A DNA stretch of 64,000 nt from Flavobacterium selenitireducens (lineage in GTDB: Bacteria; Bacteroidota; Bacteroidia; Flavobacteriales; Flavobacteriaceae). The translations under genes and the position numbers were made by a program. Below are positions 1 through 9,852 of this stretch, one piece after another. Position 1 is the first letter of the stretch. Each line of letters opens with the position of its first letter. Below the pieces are notes generated by a model. That model was not told the DNA's origin. It did not search any database and saw nothing but the letters and a program-made list of their open reading frames with translations. Location of the stretch: assembly GCF_014748335.1 (NCBI RefSeq), contig NZ_JAAVIY010000002.1, positions 162,840 through 226,839 of the forward strand, given 5' to 3'.

Positions 1-3000
1 CCGTCCTTTCGATCGTCATTTCGCTCATCATCGTGTTCTTGGGCGTCCTGGCACTTACGCAGCTTCCGGTGACGCAATTTCCGTCGGTTTCGCCTCCAAA
101 GGTGAATGTGACCGTGGAATATCCGGGAGCGAACAACGAATTGCTCATCAAATCGGCGATCATTCCGCTTGAGCGTGCCATCAATGGCGTTCCGGGAATG
201 AAATACATGGCTTCCGATGCCGGAAACGACGGAGAAGGAACGATTCAGGTCGTCTTCAACCTCGGCACAGATCCCAACGTCGCCTCGCTGAACGTCCAGA
301 ACCGTGTCGCGTCGGTCACGAATAAGCTTCCGCCGCTTGTCATCCGCGAAGGCGTGAAAATCACACGGGAGGAATCGAACATGCTCATGTATGTCAATTT
401 GTATTCGACAGATAAGAACACCGACCAAAAGTTCCTCTACAATTTCGCCGACATCAACATTTTGCCCGAACTCAAGCGCGTCGATGGCGTAGGAGTCGCG
501 GACATTCTCGGAAACCGTGAATACGCGATGCGCATCTGGCTCAAGCCGGACAGGATGCTCGCTTACAAGATTTCATCCGAAGAAGTCATGGAAGCACTTG
601 CGTCCCAAAGTCTCGAGGCTTCTCCGGGAAAAACAGGGGAAAGTTCCGGCAAACGTTCGCAGTCATTTGAATACGTGTTGAAATATTCCGGCCGATTTAC
701 TACGAAAGAACAATACCAAAACGTGATTTTACGCGCCACGTCAAACGGGGAAATCTTGCGTTTGAAAGATGTCGCCGACGTTGAATTCGGAAGCTCGATG
801 TACGATATTTACTCGAACCTGAACGGCAAGCCTTCGGCGGCGATCGTGCTCAAGCAATCGTACGGAAGCAACGCCAGCCAGGTCATCAAAGACGTCAAGG
901 CCAAGTTGGCGGAAATCAAGGGAAATACCTTTCCGAAAGGCATGGAATACGAAATCAGTTACGACGTTTCCAAATTCCTCGACGCTTCTATCGATAAGGT
1001 GTTGCACACGTTGGTAGAAGCTTTTGTCCTCGTCGGATTGGTGGTGTTTTTATTCCTCGGCGATTGGCGCTCGACAATCATTCCGGCGCTTGCGGTTCCG
1101 GTTTCGCTCATCGGGACGTTCTTTTTTATGCAATTTTTCGGGATCACGCTTAACCTGATCACGTTGTTTGCGTTGGTGCTGGCCATCGGAGTCGTCGTCG
1201 ATGATGCGATCGTGGTCATCGAGGCCGTCCACGCCAAAATGGAAGAGGAGCATCTGACGCCACGAAAAGCCACGAAAAAAGCGATGCACGAGATCGCCGG
1301 AGCCATTATCGCCATTACCTTCCTGATGGCCGCCGTTTTTATTCCCGTGGCGTTCATGTCCGGGCCTGTCGGAATTTTTTACAGACAATTTTCGATCACG
1401 ATGGCAACGGCAATCATACTTTCGGGAATTGTCGCCTTGACGCTGACGCCCGCTTTGTGTGCGATGATTCTCAAAAACAACCACGGCCATGCGACAAAGA
1501 GATCGCCTGTCGATACTTTTCTCGACGGCTTCAACCGCCGGTTCAACATCTTGTCAGACGAGTATCAGACGTTGCTCGGCGAGATCGTCAACCGACGCGT
1601 CGTCACGTTCGGGATATTGATCCTGTTCTGCGCCGCCACCTATTTTACGAGCAAGACCGTTCCTTCCGGATTTATCCCGAACGAAGACCAGGGTATGTTT
1701 TACGCGATCATACAAACGCCTCCCGGCTCGTCTCTGGAGCGCACGAACGAGATTTCGGAACGTCTGCAAAAGATAGCCGAAACGGTCGAAGGCGTGCAAT
1801 CGGTATCGTCTTTGGCCGGATATGAAATTCTGACCGAAGGAACAGGAGCCAACGCCGGAACATGCCTGATCAACCTCAAATCCTGGGAAGAGCGCGAACA
1901 TTCGGTAACCGAAATCATCGAAGAACTCGAGGAAAAGTCAGAGGAAATAACCGGTGCCAATATCGAATATTTCCAACCTCCGGCGGTTCCCGGTTACGGT
2001 GCCGCGGGTGGTTTTGAGTTGCGCCTGCTCGACAAGACGGGAACCAACGATTACCACAAGATGGAACAAGTCAACAACGATTTTGTGGCCGAAATGAAAA
2101 AGCGTCCGGAATTGTCTTCGGTTTTCAGCTTTTACAGCGCAAGTTTCCCACAATTCATGTTGCATCTCGACAACGATCTGGCCCAGCAAAAAGGCGTTTC
2201 TCCCGAAAATGCGCTCAACACGCTTTCTACGCTTGTCGGAAGCAATTACGAGATCAGTTTCATCAAGTTCGGCCGCGCCTACAAAGTCATCGTGCAAGCC
2301 GCGCCTTCTTACCGCGCGCTTCCGGATGACATCCTGAAGTTGTACGTCAAGAACAAAAACGACGAAATGGTGCCGTTTTCTGCATTTATGCGCATGGACA
2401 AAGTCTACGGATTATCAGAGATCACGCGCCAAAACATGTACACGGCTTCTGAGATTTCAGGTTCCGCCGCACCGGGTTACAGCTCGGGTGAGGCCATTGC
2501 CACGATCAACAAATTGGCGAAAGACACCTTGCCGCGCGGGTACGGCATCGATTGGGCTGGAATTTCCAAAGACGAGGTCGCGCAAGGTAACCAGGCGGTC
2601 TACATTTTCCTGATTTGCCTCGGATTCGTCTATCTGATCCTGTCGGCTCAATACGAAAGTTTCGTCTTGCCGATGTCGGTCATTTTATCGCTTCCCGTCG
2701 GAATTTTCGGAGCGTTCCTGTGGCTTAAGATGATGGGCCTCGAAAACAACATTTACGCCCAGATCGCCATGGTCATGCTTATCGGATTGCTCGGAAAGAA
2801 CGCGGTATTGATCGTGGAGTTCGCCGTACAAAAACACCGTGAAGGCCTTTCGGTTTTCGAGGCGGCACTCGAAGGCGCAAAAGTGCGTTTCCGTCCGATC
2901 CTGATGACCTCTTTTGCCTTTATCGCCGGGTTGATCCCACTTGTTTTGGCTTCCGGGCCGGGACGCATCGGCAACCGCACGATAGGAACTGCGGCCGCTG

Positions 3001-3143
3001 GCGGCATGCTGTTCGGAACCGTGTTTGGCGTGGTGATCATTCCGGGATTGTACTACATCTTCGGAAAAATATCCGAAAAGCACCAATTCGTAAAGAACGA
3101 AGAAGAAAATCCGTTAACCGAAGCAATCGACAACAATGTTTAA
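1..3143 (+). CDS. RND efflux transporter permease (AcrB/HAE1-like), 5'-partial
   Basis: The reading frame is open from the first base of the window (VLSIVISLIIVFLGVLALTQLPV...), so the gene starts upstream. The 1036+ aa product has the long periplasmic loops, the two TM bundles (GDWRSTIIPALAVP..., MVMLIGLLGKNAVLIVEF) and the length expected of the AcrB family. The ORF-track 'start' at 33 is an internal GTG. Confidence 0.9.
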   Translation, partial: VLSIVISLIIVFLGVLALTQLPVTQFPSVSPPKVNVTVEYPGANNELLIKSAIIPLERAINGVPGMKYMASDAGNDGEGTIQVVFNLGTDPNVASLNVQNRVASVTNKLPPLVIREGVKITREESNMLMYVNLYSTDKNTDQKFLYNFADINILPELKRVDGVGVADILGNREYAMRIWLKPDRMLAYKISSEEVMEALASQSLEASPGKTGESSGKRSQSFEYVLKYSGRFTTKEQYQNVILRATSNGEILRLKDVADVEFGSSMYDIYSNLNGKPSAAIVLKQSYGSNASQVIKDVKAKLAEIKGNTFPKGMEYEISYDVSKFLDASIDKVLHTLVEAFVLVGLVVFLFLGDWRSTIIPALAVPVSLIGTFFFMQFFGITLNLITLFALVLAIGVVVDDAIVVIEAVHAKMEEEHLTPRKATKKAMHEIAGAIIAITFLMAAVFIPVAFMSGPVGIFYRQFSITMATAIILSGIVALTLTPALCAMILKNNHGHATKRSPVDTFLDGFNRRFNILSDEYQTLLGEIVNRRVVTFGILILFCAATYFTSKTVPSGFIPNEDQGMFYAIIQTPPGSSLERTNEISERLQKIAETVEGVQSVSSLAGYEILTEGTGANAGTCLINLKSWEEREHSVTEIIEELEEKSEEITGANIEYFQPPAVPGYGAAGGFELRLLDKTGTNDYHKMEQVNNDFVAEMKKRPELSSVFSFYSASFPQFMLHLDNDLAQQKGVSPENALNTLSTLVGSNYEISFIKFGRAYKVIVQAAPSYRALPDDILKLYVKNKNDEMVPFSAFMRMDKVYGLSEITRQNMYTASEISGSAAPGYSSGEAIATINKLAKDTLPRGYGIDWAGISKDEVAQGNQAVYIFLICLGFVYLILSAQYESFVLPMSVILSLPVGIFGAFLWLKMMGLENNIYAQIAMVMLIGLLGKNAVLIVEFAVQKHREGLSVFEAALEGAKVRFRPILMTSFAFIAGLIPLVLASGPGRIGNRTIGTAAAGGMLFGTVFGVVIIPGLYYIFGKISEKHQFVKNEEENPLTEAIDNNV

Positions 3144-4569
3144 AATAAAAATCACAAAATGGATCGTGCCGATGTTGGCCGCGTTGGCGATCGCAAGTTG
3201 CAAGGCGCCGGCAATCACCGCAACCGCAGATCAATTGCCAATGCCGGAAACCTTCGCCCAAAACAGCGATACCGCGAATGTTTCCAATCTCAAATGGCGC
3301 GATTTTTTCCGCGACAAGCACCTTCAGGAACTCATCGAAGTCGCCCTCCGGAATAATCAGGAGCTCAACATCACATTACAGGAAATTGAAATTTCCCAGA
3401 ACGAGATCCGGATGAAAAAAGGTGGGATTTTGCCAACTATTGCGCTAAAGGCGGGAGCCGGAATCGAAAAGGTCGGACGCTACACGAGCCAAGGCGCCGG
3501 CGATGCGACAACCGAGATCAAGCCAGGTGTGGAAACGCCAGATCCGTTGGCTGATTTTGGCGTCAAGGCCGTCGCCAATTGGGAAGTCGACATCTGGAAA
3601 AAGCTTCGGAATTCAAAAAAGGCGGCTGTAAATCGTTATCTCGCAAGTGTCGAAGGCAAGAATTTCGTGCTCACGAACCTGATTGCTGAGGTTGCCAATT
3701 CCTATTACGAACTGCTCGCGCTCGACAATCAGTTGGCAATCGTAAAGCAGAATATCGATATCCAGAAAAACGGCCTCGAAATCGTAAAGGTTCAAAAGCA
3801 GGCCGCGCGTGCCACCGAGCTTGCCGTGCAAAAGTTCAACGCCGAAGTGTTGAGTTCGCAAAGCCTTGAGTTTAAGATTTCTCAGGAAATCGTCGAGACC
3901 GAGAACAGGATCAATTTTTTGCTGGGACGTTATCCGCAGCAAATTGTTCGCGATACAAGCGATTTCGTGCATATTGCTCCAAATTTCATCGCGTTCGGAA
4001 TTCCGTCCCAACTGTTGGCTAATCGCCCCGACATCAAACAGGCCGAACTGGAATTGGCGGCGGCGAAACTCGATGTGAAAGCTGCAAGGGCGGAATTTTA
4101 TCCGTCTCTCGATATTTCGGCATCGATTGGAACCCAGGCATTCAAACCGTCGTATTTGGCGACAATGCCGGAGTCGCTGCTCTATTCGATTATTGGCGAT
4201 TTGACGGCCCCGATCGTCAACCGAAATGCGATCAAAGCCGAATTCAGAAGCGCGAATTCACGGCAAATCCAAGCCGCGATCCAGTATCAACGCACGATTT
4301 TGAACGCTTATTTTGAAGTGTCGAACCAAATGTCGAACATCGGGAACCTTCAAAAAAGTTATGAGTTGAAGTTGCAACAGGTGCAGGCATTGACCCGGTC
4401 GATCGAAGTTTCAAACGATCTGTTCCGCTCTGCGCGAGCCGATTATCTCGAAGTCTTGCTCACCCAGCGCGACGCACTCGAATCCAAACTCGAACTTGTC
4501 GAGACCAAAAAGGCGCAATTCAACGCGGTAGTGAACGTGTACCGCGATTTGGGCGGCGGCTGGCGGTAA
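3136..4569 (+). CDS. Outer-membrane efflux lipoprotein (TolC/OprM/NodT family)
   Basis: Lipoprotein signal MLAALAIASCKAP. A 477-aa product with the two-repeat outer-membrane-factor architecture. It overlaps the RND permease stop by 8 nt, which suggests translational coupling. Confidence 0.85.
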   Translation: MFKIKITKWIVPMLAALAIASCKAPAITATADQLPMPETFAQNSDTANVSNLKWRDFFRDKHLQELIEVALRNNQELNITLQEIEISQNEIRMKKGGILPTIALKAGAGIEKVGRYTSQGAGDATTEIKPGVETPDPLADFGVKAVANWEVDIWKKLRNSKKAAVNRYLASVEGKNFVLTNLIAEVANSYYELLALDNQLAIVKQNIDIQKNGLEIVKVQKQAARATELAVQKFNAEVLSSQSLEFKISQEIVETENRINFLLGRYPQQIVRDTSDFVHIAPNFIAFGIPSQLLANRPDIKQAELELAAAKLDVKAARAEFYPSLDISASIGTQAFKPSYLATMPESLLYSIIGDLTAPIVNRNAIKAEFRSANSRQIQAAIQYQRTILNAYFEVSNQMSNIGNLQKSYELKLQQVQALTRSIEVSNDLFRSARADYLEVLLTQRDALESKLELVETKKAQFNAVVNVYRDLGGGWR

Positions 4570-4624
4570 ATGTCAAGTTTTGACTGGGATTTAATAGAAC
4601 AGGTAGACAAATAAAATCAAACAA

Positions 4625-4650
4625 AAGCCGATTTAATAGTCGGCTTTTTT
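4625..4650 (+). terminator. Rho-independent terminator after the efflux operon
   Basis: Hairpin AGCCGAtttaatagTCGGCT followed by TTTTTTGTT, about 55 nt after the stop at 4569. Confidence 0.6.
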
Positions 4651-4744
4651 GTTGCAAGCGTCGCCCGCATTTGGCGAAATCGTAAATTTACGGATGTGAA
4701 GTTTTCGGATATCGGAACCGGATCGCAACTTCTAAACGAACGAC

Positions 4745-5941
4745 ATGACAAAACTCTTCATTTGCGCGTCTTTATTGATGCTGCTCTCGGCATGCGCGAA
4801 GTCCGACAAAAAAGTCGAACCGACGGACAAAATCGAATCGGGCCTTGACAACGCCATTTCCCAATATGCTTCGTTGGCCAAACGACTTCCCGAGGGACGG
4901 TTCCCAAAATCGTATCACGTAAAGAACGATTCGCTCGAGACCAGTGATTCCGGTTGGTGGTGCAGCGGATTTTACCCGGGAACGTTGTTGTTGCTCGACG
5001 AAGCCAAAGGCGCACCCAAGCTCAAAAAAGAAGCGATGCGCATTCTCAAGGATCTCGAAAAAGAGCAGTTCAACAAGACGACGCACGATCTTGGGTTTAT
5101 GATGTTTTGCAGTTTCGGCAACCTCGAACGCCTCGACCCGAATCCGGAAACCGAGAAAATCCTGATGAACAGCGCCAAATCGCTGGCCACGCGTTTCAAC
5201 GAGAAAGCCGGCTGCATCCAATCTTGGGACAGTTCGCCCTGGAACGGCGCGGCTGCAGACGAAATGCCGGTGATCATCGACAATATGATGAACCTCGAGT
5301 TGTTGTTTTGGGCCACGCGACACAGCGGCGACAGTTCGTTCTACAAAATCGCGACGCGTCATGCCGATACGACGATCAAGAACCATTTCCGTCCCGATTA
5401 CAGCTCATTTCATGTGGTGATTTATGGAAAAGAAGATGGAAAGGTCCACAAGCAAATAACCAATCAGGGCGCGGCAGACAACTCGGCTTGGGCGCGCGGA
5501 CAGGCTTGGGGATTGTACGGCTACGTCGCCGCTTACCGGGAAACCAAGGACAAAAGATATCTGGATCAGGCGGTGCACATAGCCGATTTCATCTTGAATC
5601 ATCCGAATTTCCCCAAGGACAAAGTGCCGTATTGGGATTTCAACGCTCCGGGCATTCCGAACGCGTTGCGCGATTCCTCGGCGGCGAGCATCATCGCGTC
5701 GGCTTTGTTTGAGCTTTCGACGTTTTCGGATGCCACAAATGCGAAACGCTACAAAGACAATGCAAGTGCGATTTTGGACACGTTGCTTTCGTCAGAATAT
5801 TTGGCAAAAGACGGCTCGAACGGCGGTTTTTTACTCAGGCACGGCGTCGGGAACATGCCCAACAAGACCGAGATCGACGTTCCGTTGACGTATGGCGACT
5901 ACTATCTGGTAGAGGCGATGATGCGCAGTAAAAAAAGGTAA
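4745..5941 (+). CDS. Glycoside hydrolase family 88 lipoprotein (unsaturated glucuronyl hydrolase-like)
   Basis: Lipoprotein signal MLLSACAKS. A 398-aa product with (alpha/alpha)6-type motifs typical of GH88 (WWCSGFYPG, WDSSPWNG, RGQAWGLYGY, DSSAASIIASALFEL). The length fits GH88. Confidence 0.75.
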   Translation: MTKLFICASLLMLLSACAKSDKKVEPTDKIESGLDNAISQYASLAKRLPEGRFPKSYHVKNDSLETSDSGWWCSGFYPGTLLLLDEAKGAPKLKKEAMRILKDLEKEQFNKTTHDLGFMMFCSFGNLERLDPNPETEKILMNSAKSLATRFNEKAGCIQSWDSSPWNGAAADEMPVIIDNMMNLELLFWATRHSGDSSFYKIATRHADTTIKNHFRPDYSSFHVVIYGKEDGKVHKQITNQGAADNSAWARGQAWGLYGYVAAYRETKDKRYLDQAVHIADFILNHPNFPKDKVPYWDFNAPGIPNALRDSSAASIIASALFELSTFSDATNAKRYKDNASAILDTLLSSEYLAKDGSNGGFLLRHGVGNMPNKTEIDVPLTYGDYYLVEAMMRSKKR

Positions 5942-5956
5942 TAGAAAATTTCCGAC

Positions 5957-7822
5957 ATGAAAAAGTTGTTTCTTTTACTGATCGTTTTAGGATGGAACAC
6001 GGTTTTGGCCCAGGACGAACTTATCTCAAATCCCGACGGACGCCGCAATGTTTCGCTAAACGGAACCTGGCATTACATCATCGACACTTACGAAACCGGA
6101 TTTTACGACTATCGTTTCAGGGAGCGAAAAGAATCCGATAACGGCGCGTATTGGAACGAAAATCTTCCGAAGAGCAAATCCGATCTCATCGAACATCGAT
6201 ATTCCGACAAAAGCAGCATCAAGGTGCCCGGCGACTGGAACCATCAGGATCGTCAGTTTTTGCATTACGAAGGTACGGTTTGGTACCAGCGCAAGTTCGA
6301 TCGTCCGAAAATGAATCAGGACGACGATGTTTATCTGTACTTCGCTGCGGTGAATTACGAGGCTCATGTTTACCTTAACGGAAAAAAACTCGGTTCGCAC
6401 AAAGGCGGATTTACGCCGTTCAATTTTAAAATACCGGCTAATCTGCTAAAGGAAACCGACAACTTTCTCGTCGTAAAAGTCGACAACAAGCGCCACGCCG
6501 ATGAAATCCCGACATTGAACACGGATTGGTGGAATTACGGCGGCATCACGCGTGAGGTCAAGCTCGTCATCGTTCCCAGGACATTCATTAGCCAATACAA
6601 CCTGGCGCTTTCGCAAAAGCAGGACATTTTGGGTTCGATCAAGAAAAATACGTTTTCCGTTTCCGGATTTGTGAAACTAAGTCAAGCCTCGGCGGGATCG
6701 AAAATACGCATCGAAATCCCGGAGCTTAAATTCAAAAAGGAAATCACAGCCGATTCAGACAGCACAAACATCGAATTCAACCTCAAAAACCTCAAACTTT
6801 GGCAACCCGAAAAAGCCAAGTTGTACGAAGTGAGATTCACGCTGGGAAGCGAAACGATTTCGGAAAAAATCGGTTTCAGGAAAGTGGAAGTGCAAGGCAA
6901 GAAAATCCTCGTCAACGGACGACAAATTTTTCTACGCGGCATTTCGATACACGAGGAAATCCCGCAAGAGATCAGACGCGCCCACGACATGGCCGACGCG
7001 AAGCAGTTGCTCGGTTGGGCAAAAGAATTGGGTTGTAATATGGTGCGTCTGGCGCATTATCCGCACAACGAAAACATGACGAAACTCGCCGACGAAATGG
7101 GGCTCATGGTCTGGTCTGAAATCCCGGTTTACTGGACGATCGATTTTAAAAATCCCGAGGTGCTCCAAAAAGCGCAAAAACAGCTTGACGAAATGATAGC
7201 GCGTGACCGAAATCGCGCGGCTGTCATCATTTGGTCGGTTGGGAACGAAACGCCGGTGAGTGAAAACCGGACCGCGTTCATGAGCAATTTGGTCAAACGC
7301 GCAAAAACTTCAGACGACACGCGATTGATCGCCGCGGCACTCGAAGTCGGTTACAACAAGGGCAAAAATCACGTAGACGACCCACTTGGCGCCTTTACCG
7401 ACATCGTCGCATTGAACGAATATCTCGGCTGGTATTCCGGTCTGCCCGATGCTTGCCGAACGGCCGAATGGGAAGTAGCATACGACAAACCGTTTTTTAT
7501 CTCGGAAACCGGTGCCGGCGCGCTTGCTGGCTTTCACGCCGACAAGCTCACGCGTTTCAGCGAAGAATACCAGGAATGGTTTTACGAGGAACAAATCAAG
7601 ATGTTCGAAGAGCGTTTCCCGGATAGTTTCTCGGGACTTTCGCCTTGGATTTTAGCCGATTTCCGAAGCCCGAAGCGCAATCATCCCGACTATCAGGAAT
7701 TGTGGAACCGAAAAGGGTTATATGGCGAAAAAGGCCAGAAAAAGAAAGCATTCTATGTGTTGCAGGCCTATTACAAGAAAATTAAAGATCGGGAAGACGC
7801 CGCCAATCGAAGGAAACCATGA
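5957..7822 (+). CDS. GH2 beta-glucuronidase (GUS-like)
   Basis: Signal peptide. Blocks align collinearly with E. coli beta-glucuronidase from memory: TVWYQRKF / NVWYQREV; HKGGFTPFNF / HQGGYTPFEA; WSVGNE / WSIANE (acid/base Glu); FISETGAGALAG / IITEYGVDTLAG (nucleophile Glu); EEYQ..W. The product is 621 aa. Confidence 0.88.
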   Translation: MKKLFLLLIVLGWNTVLAQDELISNPDGRRNVSLNGTWHYIIDTYETGFYDYRFRERKESDNGAYWNENLPKSKSDLIEHRYSDKSSIKVPGDWNHQDRQFLHYEGTVWYQRKFDRPKMNQDDDVYLYFAAVNYEAHVYLNGKKLGSHKGGFTPFNFKIPANLLKETDNFLVVKVDNKRHADEIPTLNTDWWNYGGITREVKLVIVPRTFISQYNLALSQKQDILGSIKKNTFSVSGFVKLSQASAGSKIRIEIPELKFKKEITADSDSTNIEFNLKNLKLWQPEKAKLYEVRFTLGSETISEKIGFRKVEVQGKKILVNGRQIFLRGISIHEEIPQEIRRAHDMADAKQLLGWAKELGCNMVRLAHYPHNENMTKLADEMGLMVWSEIPVYWTIDFKNPEVLQKAQKQLDEMIARDRNRAAVIIWSVGNETPVSENRTAFMSNLVKRAKTSDDTRLIAAALEVGYNKGKNHVDDPLGAFTDIVALNEYLGWYSGLPDACRTAEWEVAYDKPFFISETGAGALAGFHADKLTRFSEEYQEWFYEEQIKMFEERFPDSFSGLSPWILADFRSPKRNHPDYQELWNRKGLYGEKGQKKKAFYVLQAYYKKIKDREDAANRRKP

Positions 7823-8982
7823 AGCGGTTTTGGATCTTTATTCTTGCTTCGTTTGCGGGTTTTTCGCAACAGATAAAGGTTTCCGTAACGAATAACCTCG
7901 CTTTTGCACGCAAGGAAATCGTTTCGGTACCGACGTCGAAATTGACGAAAATCGTCGCATTGGGTTTTGAAACTATCCACGTAAAGCCGAAAGGAAAATC
8001 CGAAAATCTCGTCGTGCAATGGCTCGATCCAAACGCAGATGGAAAACCGGACGAATTGTTGTTCCAGGCTGAAGTTCCGGCCAATTCAAAGTCGGAATAC
8101 ATCATTTTTTCCGACAACGCTTTTATTTCAAAAACGACCTCGGAAACCAAAGCCTTTTCGCGTTTTGTGCCCGAACGCACCGACGATTACGCCTGGGAAA
8201 ACGATAAAGTCGCCTTTCGCACTTACGGTCCTGACGCCCAAAACAGGTTTGAGCAAAAACGCCCGAACGGAACGCTCTCGTCGGGCATCGACATCTGGCT
8301 CAAGCGCACCGAAAAACCGGTTGTCGACAATTGGTATTTGGGTTACCAATCGGACCCAATGTTTTATCATAAAGATCGGGGCGAAGGCTATGACCCATAT
8401 CACGTTGGGGCGAGTCGCGGAACGGGCGGAACCGGAATTTGGATAGGCGACAGCCTTGTGGTTTCCAAGAACTTCGTCGGCTGGAAAACGATCGCGGATG
8501 GCCCGTTGCGAACGACCTTCGAGTTGGTTTATGCTCCATTTTCAGACTTCGGCCTGACCGAAACCAAACGCATCTCACTCGATCTCGGCAGCAACTTCTA
8601 CAAGGCGGAAGTCACATACAAAAGCAAAAAAACGGTTCCAAATTACGCCATCGGGATTACGTTGCACAAAAATGAGGGCGAGGTTAAAATCGACACGAAA
8701 AATGGGATTTTCCGTCACTTTGAGAAGATAGACGATGCATTTGTGGGCGAAGGCGTGATCGTAAGTCCGGTAGCAATATTTGACGCGTTTGCCCATAAAT
8801 CCAAAACTCCCGATCAAAGCAATTTGATCATTCTTACGGACGCTTCCCGAAATCTCGTTTATTACGCCGGATTCGCCTGGACAAAAAGCGGGCAGATCGC
8901 AACTGTCGCCGATTGGGACGAAATGCTAGCGCGCCAGTCGAAAATCGTGGCGAATCCGCTAGTCGTAAAAATCAGCAACTGA
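7819..8982 (+). CDS. Secreted hypothetical protein, possibly a DUF4861-type protein of glycan-utilisation loci
   Basis: The N-terminal signal is followed by SQQ. A 387-aa product. The start overlaps the GH2 stop in an ATGA arrangement. The family assignment is from recollection of GH88/GH2-adjacent DUF4861 proteins and is not verified. Confidence 0.55.
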   Translation: MKRFWIFILASFAGFSQQIKVSVTNNLAFARKEIVSVPTSKLTKIVALGFETIHVKPKGKSENLVVQWLDPNADGKPDELLFQAEVPANSKSEYIIFSDNAFISKTTSETKAFSRFVPERTDDYAWENDKVAFRTYGPDAQNRFEQKRPNGTLSSGIDIWLKRTEKPVVDNWYLGYQSDPMFYHKDRGEGYDPYHVGASRGTGGTGIWIGDSLVVSKNFVGWKTIADGPLRTTFELVYAPFSDFGLTETKRISLDLGSNFYKAEVTYKSKKTVPNYAIGITLHKNEGEVKIDTKNGIFRHFEKIDDAFVGEGVIVSPVAIFDAFAHKSKTPDQSNLIILTDASRNLVYYAGFAWTKSGQIATVADWDEMLARQSKIVANPLVVKISN

Positions 8983-9825
8983 TCAATAATCTGCTTTGAT
9001 TTCGCCTGAAACGACCTGACGGGCGATGTACGTCGAGACCGGAATCAATTGCTTGTCGATTTTGACGGGATGATGCCCCGGATGGTCGAAAAACTCGTAT
9101 TTCCCGTCGTGTCTGAGATACCATACGACGGGCCTGCCTTGTATAAAAAATTCGGTGTCGGCTTTGGCATCGATCTCCCTGACGCGAAATTGCAGCGAAT
9201 CCAACGGTCGCACCGAAAGTCCTTTCGAAGTACGGCAATCGAGGGTTTCGTAAGCGTGATCGTTCCAACCCATGCATTGTTTTTCAGACGGATTGCGGGC
9301 GAACGTAAGATAGGCGATGAGCCCTACGAGTGCGACCGATAACACGCCGACCCAAACAGAATTCCTTCTTGTAAACTGACTTTTTTGGCGCGGCCTGAAT
9401 ACGACATCTTCGGGTTTGCCGCCATCCGGAATGGTTCCGGAATCCCTGTCCGAACCGATAAAGCGGCTTAAAGGCCGTTCTTTAAATTGAATGAGAACCG
9501 CAATAAAATTGAGGTTTCTCGCATCTGTCGCGCGCGATTTTCCAATCAGGAAGTTGATCACTGGGCGGAATTTTTCGAGATCGAACTTTTTGATCCCTCT
9601 TAGGACGTCTTCCGTCGAATTGAGCTTAAAGAAGGTTCGGAATACATTTTCGTCCTGAGCCGATATTCCGTTTGCGATCATTTTCAGGCAGAGGTCGCGC
9701 AATCCCGCAGGCGAAGGCGAGATGAGCAGTCCTTCGTGTAACGTGGTTTTGCTGCGATGGTATTCGGCCATGACCGCTTTCGAATAATCGTCGGATGTCT
9801 TTATCACAGTGCGCATTTTAAGCAT
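8983..9825 (-). CDS. Hypothetical single-pass membrane protein
   Basis: A 280-aa ORF with one central TM helix (VWVGVLSVALVGLIAYLTF). A second in-frame ATG lies 3 codons downstream of the first. No family was recognised. Confidence 0.55.
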   Translation of the reverse strand: MLKMRTVIKTSDDYSKAVMAEYHRSKTTLHEGLLISPSPAGLRDLCLKMIANGISAQDENVFRTFFKLNSTEDVLRGIKKFDLEKFRPVINFLIGKSRATDARNLNFIAVLIQFKERPLSRFIGSDRDSGTIPDGGKPEDVVFRPRQKSQFTRRNSVWVGVLSVALVGLIAYLTFARNPSEKQCMGWNDHAYETLDCRTSKGLSVRPLDSLQFRVREIDAKADTEFFIQGRPVVWYLRHDGKYEFFDHPGHHPVKIDKQLIPVSTYIARQVVSGEIKADY

Positions 9826-9826
9826 T

Positions 9827-9852
9827 ATCGGAACTATCGGAATTATCGGAAC
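9827..9852. repeat. Three direct repeats of TATCGGAA at 9-bp periodicity, abutting the start codon of the minus-strand gene
   Basis: Read directly: TATCGGAAc TATCGGAAt TATCGGAAc at 9827-9852. The ATG of 8983..9825 (minus strand) sits at 9823-9825. Confidence 0.6.

Noticed and set aside
4954-5712. 252-aa Arg-rich ORF in an alternative frame of the GH88 gene.
   Set aside because: It overlaps the GH88 CDS throughout and its composition is biased. The GH88 frame has family-specific motifs and a lipoprotein signal.
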